From the NCBI RefSeq assembly GCF_041956535.1, contig NW_027192196.1, positions 799,823 through 863,822 on the forward strand: a stretch of DNA of 64,000 nucleotides, in the 5' to 3' direction. The DNA is from Calcarisporiella thermophila CBS 279.70. Taxonomy: Eukaryota > Fungi > Calcarisporiellomycota. Below the pieces are notes generated by a model that ran no database searches, was not told the origin of the DNA, and saw only the letters and a list, made by a program, of their open reading frames with translations. Shown in pieces: positions 1-12,500 of this stretch (position 1 is its first letter; the number at the start of each line of letters is the position of its first letter). The position numbers and the translations under genes are program-made.

Positions 1-1222
1 CCATCCTATAGCCATAAATGTATTCAGTATAACATTCTCTTAACACTTATATATTACACGAGTGACCAACCTGAATCGCAAATGTTAATGATTCTGCATT
101 ATATTCTTTCTCTATTACTTTGGCAACTGTTTGAGCTGAAACCCACAAATCAGATACCTTTAATCCATAAGCGTAATGCGAGCGTTAAATATACTGCGCT
201 TTAATGAAAAAAAAATAATGAACAGACCTCTTCCGAGGACAATTCCGTAAAACGAGGTACCACACGTCTCGAAATTACTAGTACATCTAAAGTGTAAGTG
301 CGTTAAGGAATATTCAGAAAAATTACAGTCAATCTGTAAAATTAACAGAGCCAAAAGGATACGACCCCTGACAACAATAGATCGAAAAAAATCAGCTATT
401 ATTATGGTGCAAAAACAAAAAAAAACTGACTCACGGGACAATGGGCTTTAGATTAACTAGTCCAAGAGAGAGCTGCAGATATATGTATTATTATAACTGT
501 TTTAGTAATTAATGCATTATTGCCACTTACTTTACTCTGATAAAACACTTCACTCTTGCGTATAACATGTGGTCCGAAAGAATAGGTAGACATTCTCATT
601 AAATTCATTGTATTTATCGTAAAACCGATTTGGCTAATCTACTAATTTAAATTGGCGCAGTTTAATATTCGATTTATTATAAAGGGTTGATTACTTTGTC
701 TATTAGACCGAGAATAGTATTAAATAAGTACATTTGTACTAATAGTGAACCTACTGTAAGAATATACACATTCAAAAGGTCTATCCGACAAGGGCTATCT
801 AAATATTATTATTTTTTGCTAAGTAAATATATAACCAACCCTAGCGCTATATCAAATGCATGGGTAGTGTTGATAATATTTTTCTATCTGTTGTAACACT
901 CTTCATCAATACTTTAATGTTAGAGGCGCGTATATAAGAAAATAATCGTTTCTCAGTATGCTTTAAATATTTTGGATTTTCTACACTGTTCTGAGGCACT
1001 ATAGAATTTGCCTTATCGATTTAGATTCGGATTCAGATTATTCCTGCTTGAGCTACTTTCCTAATCTTGGAATTTTCCCATTTTCTCTAGGGACTATTTT
1101 TGCAAAGCGGGGATCCTTTTAAGTTGTAAGTATGTATCATCTAAAAGAATAAGATTACGCAAATTTCATGAACATTTCATCTCTTGGATTTTTTTCAGCT
1201 TTTTATATAACGATATAACTAT

Positions 1223-2788
1223 ATGGATTACCGCTCGCCTGCAAAACTCTCCTCTCCAATTCATATATCGTCCGCGAAAGATCAACCCTGGGATGCTTCG
1301 CTCAATTCCACTGCCACGCCTAAAATTTTCAAAAGCCCTACATCAACTTCCGCAATCAAGGAACAGGGTATAGTCCTTTCTCCCTCAATGCTTAGAAATC
1401 TTTTGCTTCAGTCCCCAATCCCAGTGCTCGCTTCGCCTATTCGACGTCCTCTTGGACTGAATCGGTCCGTAAAGGTAGAGCAATCAGGTGCAAAAATCCA
1501 TAGTAGAAACAGATCAGATTCCAGTCCTACTCGCAAGGGAAGAAAAAAGACTCGCTCTACGCCGACGTTATCAACCCATCTTCAGGAGACAGATTCTCTG
1601 TTTGGTCAAAACCTTGATCCATTTGATAAATCTCATAAACACCCTAATACAACTAGGAGCCCATCGCGTAAATTTCCAAATGTAGATAGCCAATCGATAG
1701 ATAGGAGTGAGGATAATGAGTGGGAGGAAAAGCATGACGATTTCGATATGTCCGATGGCTGTTCAACTAAGCGAAGCCTCTTTGCTGACCAGATCTCTTC
1801 TCGCAGTAAAGATCAACCTAGAAACGATCGGGAGCCATTCCAGGAATTAGTAGTACTTACGGCACCATCACCCTTAGCCTCATCTTCGCCATTAATCCAG
1901 GATAATCTTGGTCCAATAAGTTCCAATGAAAGTGGATTTCAAATTTGGGAAGATCCGGAAGAGCTTGTAAGAGAAGATATGAACGTTCACACTTCATCCG
2001 TAACCTTCGAGCAGAATGATCAAGAGAATGAAATTCCTTCGGAAATCCGCTCGGATTATGATCAGCTATTGCGCATCAACAAATCGAGCAATTCTTTGAA
2101 GGAAAAAGGCTTTCGCTTACCTCTCAGCGAGATACATCCACTTGCGTTGCCGGGATATCGCGAAAAGAGAAATGCTTCTTCAAGCAAGAATAGCAATAAA
2201 TTTGGCGATACTATTTTTACACGTGGTTGTATAACACCGATAACATCCATACCTCCGATTCCACCTCCCTCTCCACATCCACACACCCACCGCCCGAGAT
2301 CTAACAAATCATTAAAGTCACATTTCACGCAGAAATCATCTACCGATCCTCGAATCATGCGCAGCACACTCCATGGCAATCCCGTTCTAGTGGAACCAGC
2401 GTCTTCCTCCTCTATCTCTTCGCGACGGAGTGGTAGATCTATTTTAAATACAAATGACACCAGCGCTAAACGATTAAAGACAGAATGTCCTGCAATATCC
2501 AAAGATGTGAAATCGCGCCGGGATCCACCAAGCCCAACCCCTGCCAAAATATATACGAAAACCAGCCATCACCCAGAGTTCGAAGCATATTCGAGTGCTT
2601 CTGAAGAGACGGACCAACCAACTCACGTTGATTCAGAAGAGAATACTGAAGAAGAGGAAGAGGAAGAGTTTGGAGCATGGACTAATCGAACTAATACATC
2701 GCTCATATCGGCCTTCCAACAAGCCGTTTCAGAATGCGAATCTCACTCTATGGTCCCCGAGTTTGAAACGGCGAAGAATTCTCCCTAG
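1223..2788 (+). CDS. Intrinsically disordered Ser/Pro-rich protein (521 aa) with clustered APC/C-binding motifs; Acm1-like candidate
   Basis: Single long ORF with many SP/TP sites. FQIWED (ABBA-like), DQENEIP (KEN-like) and RLPLSEI...GY (D-box) lie at 1937-2158. TATATAA at about 931 and a probable 5'UTR intron at about 1126-1198. Confidence 0.75.
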   Translation: MDYRSPAKLSSPIHISSAKDQPWDASLNSTATPKIFKSPTSTSAIKEQGIVLSPSMLRNLLLQSPIPVLASPIRRPLGLNRSVKVEQSGAKIHSRNRSDSSPTRKGRKKTRSTPTLSTHLQETDSLFGQNLDPFDKSHKHPNTTRSPSRKFPNVDSQSIDRSEDNEWEEKHDDFDMSDGCSTKRSLFADQISSRSKDQPRNDREPFQELVVLTAPSPLASSSPLIQDNLGPISSNESGFQIWEDPEELVREDMNVHTSSVTFEQNDQENEIPSEIRSDYDQLLRINKSSNSLKEKGFRLPLSEIHPLALPGYREKRNASSSKNSNKFGDTIFTRGCITPITSIPPIPPPSPHPHTHRPRSNKSLKSHFTQKSSTDPRIMRSTLHGNPVLVEPASSSSISSRRSGRSILNTNDTSAKRLKTECPAISKDVKSRRDPPSPTPAKIYTKTSHHPEFEAYSSASEETDQPTHVDSEENTEEEEEEEFGAWTNRTNTSLISAFQQAVSECESHSMVPEFETAKNSP

Positions 2789-3805
2789 CAATAGATTTGC
2801 TAATCTAACTGTTGACTGGAGGTGATACTTTCAATATTTGTGACGAAAACCTAGCATAGTAAGATGCTAGTTATAACATTTCAATCCTGGAGCATATGCG
2901 TAGCTGGTTTATATCTACGCACATGTGTCTCCATTTGGCATATTTTCCTAGTTTATGACGATTTTCTTTTGCTCTGACCAAATATCCTTTAATTCCTTTG
3001 AATTAAGCTGTAAATTTTATGTGTGCTTCATTATATTTCAAATATATTTTTTATATATAGCTTTGTTATATTTCTTTATAAAACAACTTGCTCATATCAC
3101 TTGAATTGCTAATCGATTATAAATTTATTTATTTGCACACTTAAGTCTATATATTCAGCTAACGTAGAGCCTATCTGGGAAAAGTAATTACACTGGGCAT
3201 TCTTATACACAAATTCCCTTGAGAATATTTCAATTTTTCATTTACAATGCATATCCTAACGCTGGGTCCTTTGAGTTGGTGGCAGTGTTAACCACCAGTG
3301 TTTGCAACTGTGCTAGTCATTTTCGAGTTTAAATTCCATATCGGTTAATTATCTTGGAGGTGTAGAACACCATTTGTCACTGATATTGTAGAGAAGAAAT
3401 AATACAGAGTGCCTCTGTGAATCTGAAATAGGGTTAAGAGCCAGGTTGATCAATTCTCATACAACAAATTTAACTCTTATCCTGCTCCATCATAGAGCCA
3501 CAGCTGACTGAAATTACCTCTGATGTAGTATATCCATCGACCATATTTATTTTGAACTGGTCTTGTTATCATTTAAGCTAATTTTGAACTTGTAAGAGTT
3601 GCATTAAACTCTAATCCCACAGCTATGTCAGTATCGAGATCAAATTTTTACTGTGATTTCATTCGAGCTATTTATTTAACTTTTCGGCCAGACTATCTCA
3701 TGTCTGATGAAGGGAAAATTTGTTAGTTACAAAAAGTCAAGCTGCGTAGTGTATAAATAAAATGAAAAGCAATTAATAATGAAAAAAAAAAGTTGGACAA
3801 TAAAT

Positions 3806-5132
3806 TTAATAGAGAAGTGCAGCCGTTAAAATCATGAGGGTTCCAACAAAGCCTGCAGTTAGAGTTTGAGAGGATGCCCCGTTAACAGAAGGGATACGAG
3901 CAGTCGAAGATGTCTTTGCGCTGCCGCTAGAGGGAGAGCCACTAGGAGATCCAACCGATTGGTAAATCTACAAGATAGATTATATATCGCATCTCATTTA
4001 ACACATGCAATGCAATTTTAAAATGAATTATTCGGGGGATGACTTACGTTTGGATCGTTAAGACATTCAGATAGTTTGACGAATTTTGTCACTTTCGAGA
4101 GTGCGGGGAGATGCTTAATGGCAATATCTACAGTGTCTTTAGAGTGATCATGCTCGAGCGAGATGAAGCCCTTATCAGCGGCAGGCGTTTCTTGAACCCA
4201 TTGCGTAAAATTGCCATCAATTTCTGCCAGAGTGATCTGCTTGGTCTGCAGTTTCCAGTCAAAACTACATGAGGATATCAAAGATAAGCATTTTTAAAAC
4301 AATATTGTGGAGTATCAAAAATACTGAACCTGTCTCGGTTCCAAATCACAACTCGCAATCCCATCGAAACCATCAGCGCGCGAACTCTATCGTCGATGTC
4401 ACCATAGGGAGGACCTGTCATTTAAACAAAAATCAGTATATCCGCATACCAGCAATAGTTAATCAACCTACGCATATATTTGGGTTTGACACCAATCGCT
4501 TGTTGAATTGCCAATTCTATATACATTGAAATGTAACTTTAATCATATGCTATTCTCTAAATATATAAACGAATATTACCAGTCCATTTCATTTCTGACA
4601 CGATTTGTTCATTAGTTAAGGAGGTAAGTGCTTTATGGCTCCACGTGTGGCTTGCAATCTCATGGCCTTCATCAAAAGCTCGTTTGAGAATGGCAGGGTT
4701 GTCGCGCGCTTGAGTGCCCAAGACGAAGAAGGTGGCTTTCATGTTATTTTGCTTAAGAAAATCGAGTAAGGGTGGTGTAAACTGAGTAGGGCCATCATCG
4801 AATGTCACTGCCCATTGGCCTTTGGGGCATGAATCGAAATCAGTCGTACGATTCACGCATTGTTCGCAACTCCAATTGCAGAAGCCTTTCGCTTTCTCAC
4901 ATTGACGAAGTTGGGATATGTCAGGCTGCAGGGGAGCATTGGGGACTTTTGTCATGTCAATGGCGGAGAGCCATTCGGGTTTTGCAGGAGGAGTGTCGAC
5001 TCCCAAGGGAAGCAATTCGCCTGTGCCTGAAGGTTGAGTGGAGCCACCAGTAGAGGGGCTTTGCGGGATTGAATACTGAGCGTAAACCCCAAGAGTGAGA
5101 TGAGCAATTAATGGAATGAATGTATATTTCAT
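3806..5132 (-). CDS. Chitin deacetylase (CE4/NodB), secreted, probably GPI-anchored; 5 exons
   Basis: Signal peptide MKYTFIPLIAHLTLGVYA. The CE4 motifs TFDDGP, HEIASHTWSH, RPPYGD, DSFDW and LEHD are recovered by joining GT-AG exons (e.g. 5132-4580, 4516-4472, from 4414). Ser-rich tail and hydrophobic C-terminus, stop at 3806-3808. Confidence 0.92.
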
Positions 5133-5823
5133 TTTCTCCCAGTGTATTGGCTAGATGAAAAGAGATCAATGAGCGTATTAAGTTAGGGGAAGAAAACAGG
5201 CAGCAGAAGGATAACTATGCTCAGTGAGATGAGATTTGCGGCGACGAGGGCAAATCGATCATGTTCTCTTTATATGTCTCCCCCTCTCTAGAAAAGACGG
5301 GACCTGTGGTACAATATGCACACCAAACAAAACGGAAATCAGTGTGTGTCTCGTATCCAATTGTCCCCGAGGAGCCAGTATTTTTAGGCTCGGGGACCTT
5401 ATCAACGAGTGCTTGTGGACTACGATTATCCTAATTTGGCTCTGTACTGGAGCCAAATATTAAATTATGACAGAGTCGAAAACTAGGCCAATGGCTTGGC
5501 ATGAGGCGAGACTATTATTAACCTTATGTTAAATATAGAAGCGAGATATTAATAGGTTAGGTTGGAAGATCTAGTCGAGCGGGAGCTATTGCTTTGGACA
5601 CTGGAGGCCTTGTGAGCATAAGCACAGATATATATAGCACAGGTATATTATTAAAGCACAGAAAACTACCAAGCTATCATGCAGCCATATATGTGCCTGC
5701 ATTCAGTGTGCTTCACTTGGAATCGCAACAAGATTAAAGCGGGTGAGATGTGACGTGGCTATCTATTTAAAGATTCAAAACTAGGGGAACCCTCTCAAAT
5801 CTTACTTCGATTCATTCCTCAAT

Positions 5824-6761
5824 ATGCATAAGCACATTCCCCCTCGGATCCATGTATTCTCTGATTTTGACGCAACCATTACCCTTAGAGATACAGGGAC
5901 TACCCTTATCGATCATCCCGAACGGGGCATGGGGAAGCAAAGAAGACTAGAGTTGGAGCATCAAGTCATGGAGGGAATAATTACTTATAGGTAAAATAAT
6001 TTCAGAATTTGTCCAAATTGCAAAGATTCTAATGTTGATGTTTGTTCATAGACAAGCGGTACAGGAGATGTGGGATTCTGTTACGTTAACTTGGGAAGAA
6101 GCAGATGAACTTTACAAAGGTATAGCTACAATCTCTATCAAATCGGATCGGAAGGATCAGCGCTCTAATTTCAAATATCCGTTTAGAAATTGAAGCAGAT
6201 CCTGATTTCAGTAATTTCTATCATATGTGCGAACGAACCAAGATACCTTTAACAGTTGTGAGTAGCGGCCTGCGTCCTATTATTGACATGTTCATGCATC
6301 GCTTTCTTGGAGAGGCGGCCAAAAGCATGGATATTATTTCGAACCATGCAAAGATTGGAGATCGGAAATGGCAAATCATCTGGAATGACGATAGGTATTA
6401 TTTTCATATTGACATTTACACTTTAGCTATGATTTTAATCAAAAGCCTCTATCTCTTCAGTGAATACGGTAATGATAAATCGATTCCGATAAAGAAAGTA
6501 CGTGAATCGCTTGGAAACGATGCGGTGATTATATTTGTGGGAGATGGAATCTCAGATGTATCCGCTGCTAAATCGGCGGACATACTTTTTGCTCGACACG
6601 GCTTGGACCTGGAAAAATGGTGCAAGCGTGAGCGAGTTCCCTTCCGAGGATTCAGCCGTTTTGGTGAGGTGGAAGAGGTGATTTTGGGACTGTTGGATGG
6701 GCGGTACAGGTTATCCAGGCCGGTTGACGGAAAAGGATTTTGTGAGCTTGTTGAAGCTTGA
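5824..6761 (+). CDS. HAD-superfamily phosphatase (MtnX/Pyp1-YNL010W-like)
   Basis: Exon 1 encodes MHKHIPPRIHVFSDFDATITLRDTG (motif I, DxDxT). Downstream exons give VVSSG (II), K of GNDK (III) and GDGISD (IV). Short GT-AG introns. Confidence 0.85.
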
Positions 6762-7076
6762 ATATTTATTATTTCTTGATATTTCATTCGATAGACTTAT
6801 TATTATTTCAATAGAGCGAGGTGATGACCGTTGTAGGATAAAAAAAGCCTAAAAAGCTCCAGTCCATTTATTTACACTTTAACTTAAGCAGGTTTTTGGA
6901 TGTGCGGGTAAAAATGCAATTGAAAACTATTTAGTTCAATGGCCACCTGAATAAGAAAAAGAGGATGTGACCTAATCTTAGCTCGCACCATTAAAAAGGA
7001 TTAAAGTCGAATTGAAAAAATAGATATCGAAAAATAGCTTTTAATATGGGCTATAAAAATACCACAGAGGTTGATG

Positions 7077-9239
7077 TCATTTAGATGGTCTCATTCGTGT
7101 TTCGATGGGCAATAGAACCATGCACACGCCAGCGAGACAGAAAAGGAGAGTGGAGAGATAGAGCGGAAAAATAATGCCCCAACTGAGCAAAATGCCCGTA
7201 GTGATAGGTGCTGCTATGCCTGCACTAAAAATAAAGCCCATCTGAGTTATACAATCCAAGCCCATTACCACATGTTTCGATGGCTTACACTCTTCCCAGC
7301 GCTGAACTGATCCCAGAGGCAGTTCCACGGAGCTTGGTTTCAAATACCTCGGGAGTATATGCATATATCACCGCATACAAGAGGGTGGCCAAGAAGCTTA
7401 CCATAGCAGATGAAAAGACCATAGTTCCGCGTGATTGCACAGTGGAGAAAAGAAATAGCCCAAATGCAGATCCAAATGAAGATAGCGCCATGGTTCCTTT
7501 TCTTCCAAGAGGAGTTTCAATAAGCCACGATCCAAACTATAGCAGGAGAAAGTCAGCAATGCAAAAAATCAGTCAAGCAATTGAAAAAAAATGCCAACAA
7601 TAGAACCGGGAACACCCGCGAGAGAATAAATTAGGTAGTCGCGGTAAACTTGATCAGGGGAGGGCGGCTCTCCGAACCCGAGTTTCTCCAGGTATTTCGG
7701 CAGGAACACATTAAACATGGTGTAACCGAGAGAGATCAGGATCCATATTGCGAATACCAGAAGTGTCGTTTTACACCATTTGGGGCTAAATAGTGGCCGG
7801 ATTGCATTCAAGTCAAAGCAAACAAAGCGTGAGGATATTCGCGACGTCAAATGGGTTGGTTTTGGAGGACGTCTTCGTGGGGACCGCGGACGAATCTCTT
7901 CATGCTCTGAGAGCTCTTCAGCTTCATCGTCTGATGAACGTTGAACACTAGAATAGTCATTGTTATTAACGGTGGATGGGAGGTCGTTGGGGTCAATATA
8001 AACATCGGAGCCGTTAATCTTGACAATTGAGCGTAGAACCATTACTGCATCATTTTTCCTGTTGTTAGACATAAGAAACTTGGGTGATTCTTGTAGTCGA
8101 AAAAGTGATAATCTAGCTGTGACCATAAGAAATGTCTTGTATTCCAGGTTAATATAGTATACTGAGATATCTGCGTAATCTCTATACACTTACCAAGACA
8201 CCCAGCGTAAATAACACATATCGCCAACCATTATTTTGCGATTCAGGATCGCAGGAGTCTTCTTCTGGGCAGCTATAGTACGGGAGTATGATCCACGCAA
8301 TAAATGAGGAGAGAACAGCACCAAACGAAAAGAACACCGACATAAACGTGAGGAGATATTGATTCTCTTTTGGAACAAATTCAAGGAAAAGTGCACCTAT
8401 TAAGAAATTAAAGGATGAGTGGCAAAAATAAATCAAACTAAAATACAAGTGGCTACCATCTACTGGCATATTTCCGCCAACGCCAAAACCCAAGAGAAAT
8501 AGCATAAAACACAGCCACCAGAAATTAGGCGCAAAACTTGCACCCATACCAAAGGTACAGGCAATAATAAGTGTCCACTTGTAGGCTATCTTGCGACCGC
8601 GAGAATCCGACAACACTCCCCAAAAGAGCGCACCAAACATCATCCCAGTGAAAATAGAGCTAGAAAGGGTGCCAATTAAGGTGTTTGGAACATCAAAATG
8701 CCCTATCAGATATTATTTTCGGAGGGTTATTGAGTTGTGTGGAGAAACGAAACAAGCAATAAGTTATACTTTGAACACGCGGCAAAATTGCAGCAATGCA
8801 CTTATTGAGAAATTATAGATCATTTAGCTAATAATAACAACTAAATTTATAAATGATTTACTTGTAGCCACATCTACACAAAGAATATGCCATTATTGAT
8901 CAGTTAATGAAATTTGATAAAAAATTAAACATACATTATCCGCCAGCCATCCAAACCCGCAGAGAACCTAGAATTATATTAATTGTTAAGATCACAAAAG
9001 CATCAGATAGTAAGAGAAGATATAAAGCATACGAGTAAGCGCCTCTGAAACTTCCCCATCCCAATCTTTGTAATCACAGCATCTAGTGCGATATTCTCGT
9101 CGCGTGGAGATGGAGGGAGAAGTTCATCGATATCGACGCAATTTTCGCTCGATAATTCATCTATTGTATCGTCGGCATTATAATGCTCAGAAATACTTAA
9201 AGAAACTTGCGCACGCGAGTCGTTAGAAGGCCGCCGCAT
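7077..9239 (-). CDS. MFS transporter, SV2/SVOP-like; multi-exon
   Basis: IGMGKFQ, LCGFGWLADNMWLQ, LSDSRGRK (motif A), GVGGNMPVD, LFRLQESPKFL and YAYTPEVFETKLRGTASG, with many TM segments across spliced exons. Confidence 0.9.
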
Positions 9240-9581
9240 CTCGTAATATATAAATGAGCAAATAAACTGTTCTAGCGTATAAATAAACGAATAAATTCAA
9301 GGGGGAAACCCCTGCCAATGTGACAACGATAAATGTACAAAAACTAGAGAGCTAATATGCCTGTGCGCGATGCGACACATGCGATTAAAAAAAGGAGGGG
9401 GGGGTAGAACTATACTTGTAAGATTTGACAAATCGAGGCTAGCTCAAAGAGATTCAGTATATTACCTTTATACTTTCTCCATATTTCAATTTCACGTAAT
9501 TCTGAGTTTCAACCGGGCAAATTAAGTCACAAAAGTTTACTTTAGCAAACTTCATGAAAAAATGTTACCTTCCCGGAACTA

Positions 9582-12500
9582 ATGGCGATAAAAAAAGCGT
9601 CAAAATCGGATTATTCAAGCACGATTGGAGAAAGAAAGCTTTCTTCATTTGCCAAAACACTTTTAAACTTATCTACGGACGTTTATACCCAACTTATTGA
9701 TAGACTTTACACACTTCAATTAGAAGACACAGAAGAGAGCTTAACTACTTTCGAATGTCTGTGCGAGTTATTGGAGGAGAGATTGAGAGATTCAGCTCTT
9801 GGTACTCTCGAAGTTAGTAATAATGTATTAGGGAGATTTATATCACTGTTTAATATATTTTTATTATTCAGAAGCATACACTTCTAACCGAGAAATTTCT
9901 ACCAATCGCAAACTCTTTTATGACAAGGAAGTCTCTGAGGAAAAGCGAAAACCAAAGTCTAGGTACATATAGATATTTTTTTCATATATTATAAACAGCC
10001 TTAACTATATAAATTGTATAAAGAAAAAGCACTAGTTGATAGTCTTGCACGATTTGCAATAATGGAGAATACTAAATTCGGACCTATGTTAGTACAATCT
10101 ATCGAATATAAGATAAAAGCATACTTAAATCAAGAGGGGCATTCCGAGAATTCGATTTCAAGCCAGGACAACAACGGAAACAAGACTTGGATCTTGCCGT
10201 TTAATGACATATCATTAGCATTAGATATATTGCTTCTTGTACTTAATCAGGCCAAAATTTCAAATGCAGGAGAAGTTTTTAATGCATCGTTGAAGGGGCT
10301 GTTTATTTATGCTGTTAATTTGGTTTCATGCGATGAACGAGAAATCCGCTCCAAAACGGTGAACTATATCTTGCCTGCATACTTTCATTGGGATGCTGCT
10401 CAAGGAAGAATGATGCAAAATGAATGGTGCAAGGTATTTTGACAATATTGTTTATTAACTAAGATGATAACTGATACCTGTTATTACATAAGATTATTTG
10501 GCAACAATGCTGTCATATGGTGTCTTTTCCGATATCAAATCCTGTTCGCCTATCAGCTGTGAATGTTCTTTCTCGCCTCTTGCCATGGTTCTTTCCAACA
10601 TCACAAGAGAATAAAATTGATCTTGATTTGCGAATGGATGAGCGATTTTTTATTATAATTCAAGTATGTTCACTGCTATAGATTATCAATAATTTCCTCC
10701 AAATTTCCCTCAATCCTACATATTTAGACCGGCCTAGGAGATGTTAATGACAACCGTAAAATTGCCATATATGTGTTGAAGCGTGTGATTAATTACACCA
10801 CTCAGCAGCGAGGACTCACTACCGAATTGCCCTGGACTAAGTACGAACATTGCTATAGATTCATATTCTATATCACTCATTTTCCATTAAAAGATATTTT
10901 CAGTGGGATGATGACAGATCCAAAGAATGGATAAGCATATGGGATTCCTTTTTCCTTCTTTTTGACTCGTTTTTCGAAGCAGCTGCTGTTCACCTCGTAA
11001 AGGTATTCATAGTCTTTATTTTATATTTGAATAGCTAGCTTAAATCGACTCTACTAAATTATAGCCACTTCTTCCGGCAATTGCCAAGTTCCTCAGCCCT
11101 GCCGAAGGATCACCTAACATTCATCCTTCTTGGTGGACTCTGATGCTAAAGAGCGGTCTAAAAAATGAAATCTTGAACATCCGCAAAACCTTGCTTCGCT
11201 ATATATTCTCACTTGAAGATAAGAGGGCGCTTGTAACCCTAGGGCGACAGCACGAGTTTGTGTTCGGTCAACTAATGATTGCATTGGACAACCCTGCTCT
11301 TTATCATGTACCAACTCTAGGTACATGTGTATGTGGAATGGGAGAAGCACTAAGGACCTATGTTGGACGTTCTATTGCAGCATTTGAAGATCTTGAGGAA
11401 TCAGTAAGAAATTAATTATCATTAATTAATATTCATTATGAAAAAATGTACTTATTGTGTGTATATAAATATCACAGGCTAAATTTATGTCCCTGCTCAT
11501 CCAGCAAATGGCTTTTAGAATAGGCTCCCCATTTCCTATCGTGTATATGATGGAAGCTCTAGCTGAGACAACAGCTATCAGGCCAATTTTGGGGAAAAAA
11601 GAATTGAATGCATTACAGAGTCTTTTGGAATATCATATGAACACGCAGTATGCTCGTCTTAATTTAACAAATAAACTGATAAATTTAGAAACCTTTTGAC
11701 TTTTTTATTTTAGGAAACCTAGTATTCGTGCACTATTGCGGAAATATTGCTGCAGTATACTCGCCAGGCTTGTGAATCCTGAATATCTATCTATTTCTCT
11801 GATATCTAGGTAAACACATCAAGATCCTAATCAATATAGATGCTACAGTATGGCCGTTTTACCAATTGTGATTAATTCTTTAGTATGCTGTCAACTATAT
11901 TAAGTGAGCTGACACCGCTTGAATACCCAGCTGAAATGAAAATGCTTCAGGCTTGGGTGCTGGGAACCTCAGGAGAAAATGCACAGGTATATAATGAAGA
12001 CATATTATTGTGCCTATTTAAAGAAAACTTACTACTTGAATTGTTCTTTTAAAGGAATCGAAAGCACGATGGATTAAACGAATTACCAAAGAAATGGAGA
12101 TGTATACTAGACCTATGGAATCAGGTAGCATTATATAAACCTAATGAAAAAATATTGATTGTTTTTGTCTATATTACTTGATTCTCTTTACAGAGTTGCC
12201 ACTCTACTTGGTGCAATCAAATACTCTAGACATTACTAGACTGGCACTGGTTGTCATTGGAGTGAAAAGTAACATCGATGATGTTGAGCAAATTTTGAAT
12301 CCCGTATTTGCGTCCTGGAAGGAAGTATATTGGTATGAAATAGAGGCTCTCACATTTCCTTAAGAATATAAATGATCCGACTATAATGGCTGCTTTTCAC
12401 TTATTATTAGCCATCATGGTACCAAGCAGAATTCTCGTGCAGATAGGACACTGGCTCTTTTACTATCAATTCTATATAGCCTGGAAAATAAATTTGAAAT

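Noticed and set aside
160-896. Short ORFs 160-441(-) and 687-896(+)
   Set aside because: AT-rich, no recognisable motif, no convincing splice partners; probably intergenic.
2982-2990. ATATCCTTT matching a U12-type 5' splice site
   Set aside because: It lies downstream of a stop codon, with no exon context or clear U12 branch point and acceptor.
3240-3720. TG/CA-rich intergenic stretch as a possible decayed transposon
   Set aside because: No ORF, terminal repeats, target-site duplication or recognisable transposase/RT motif.
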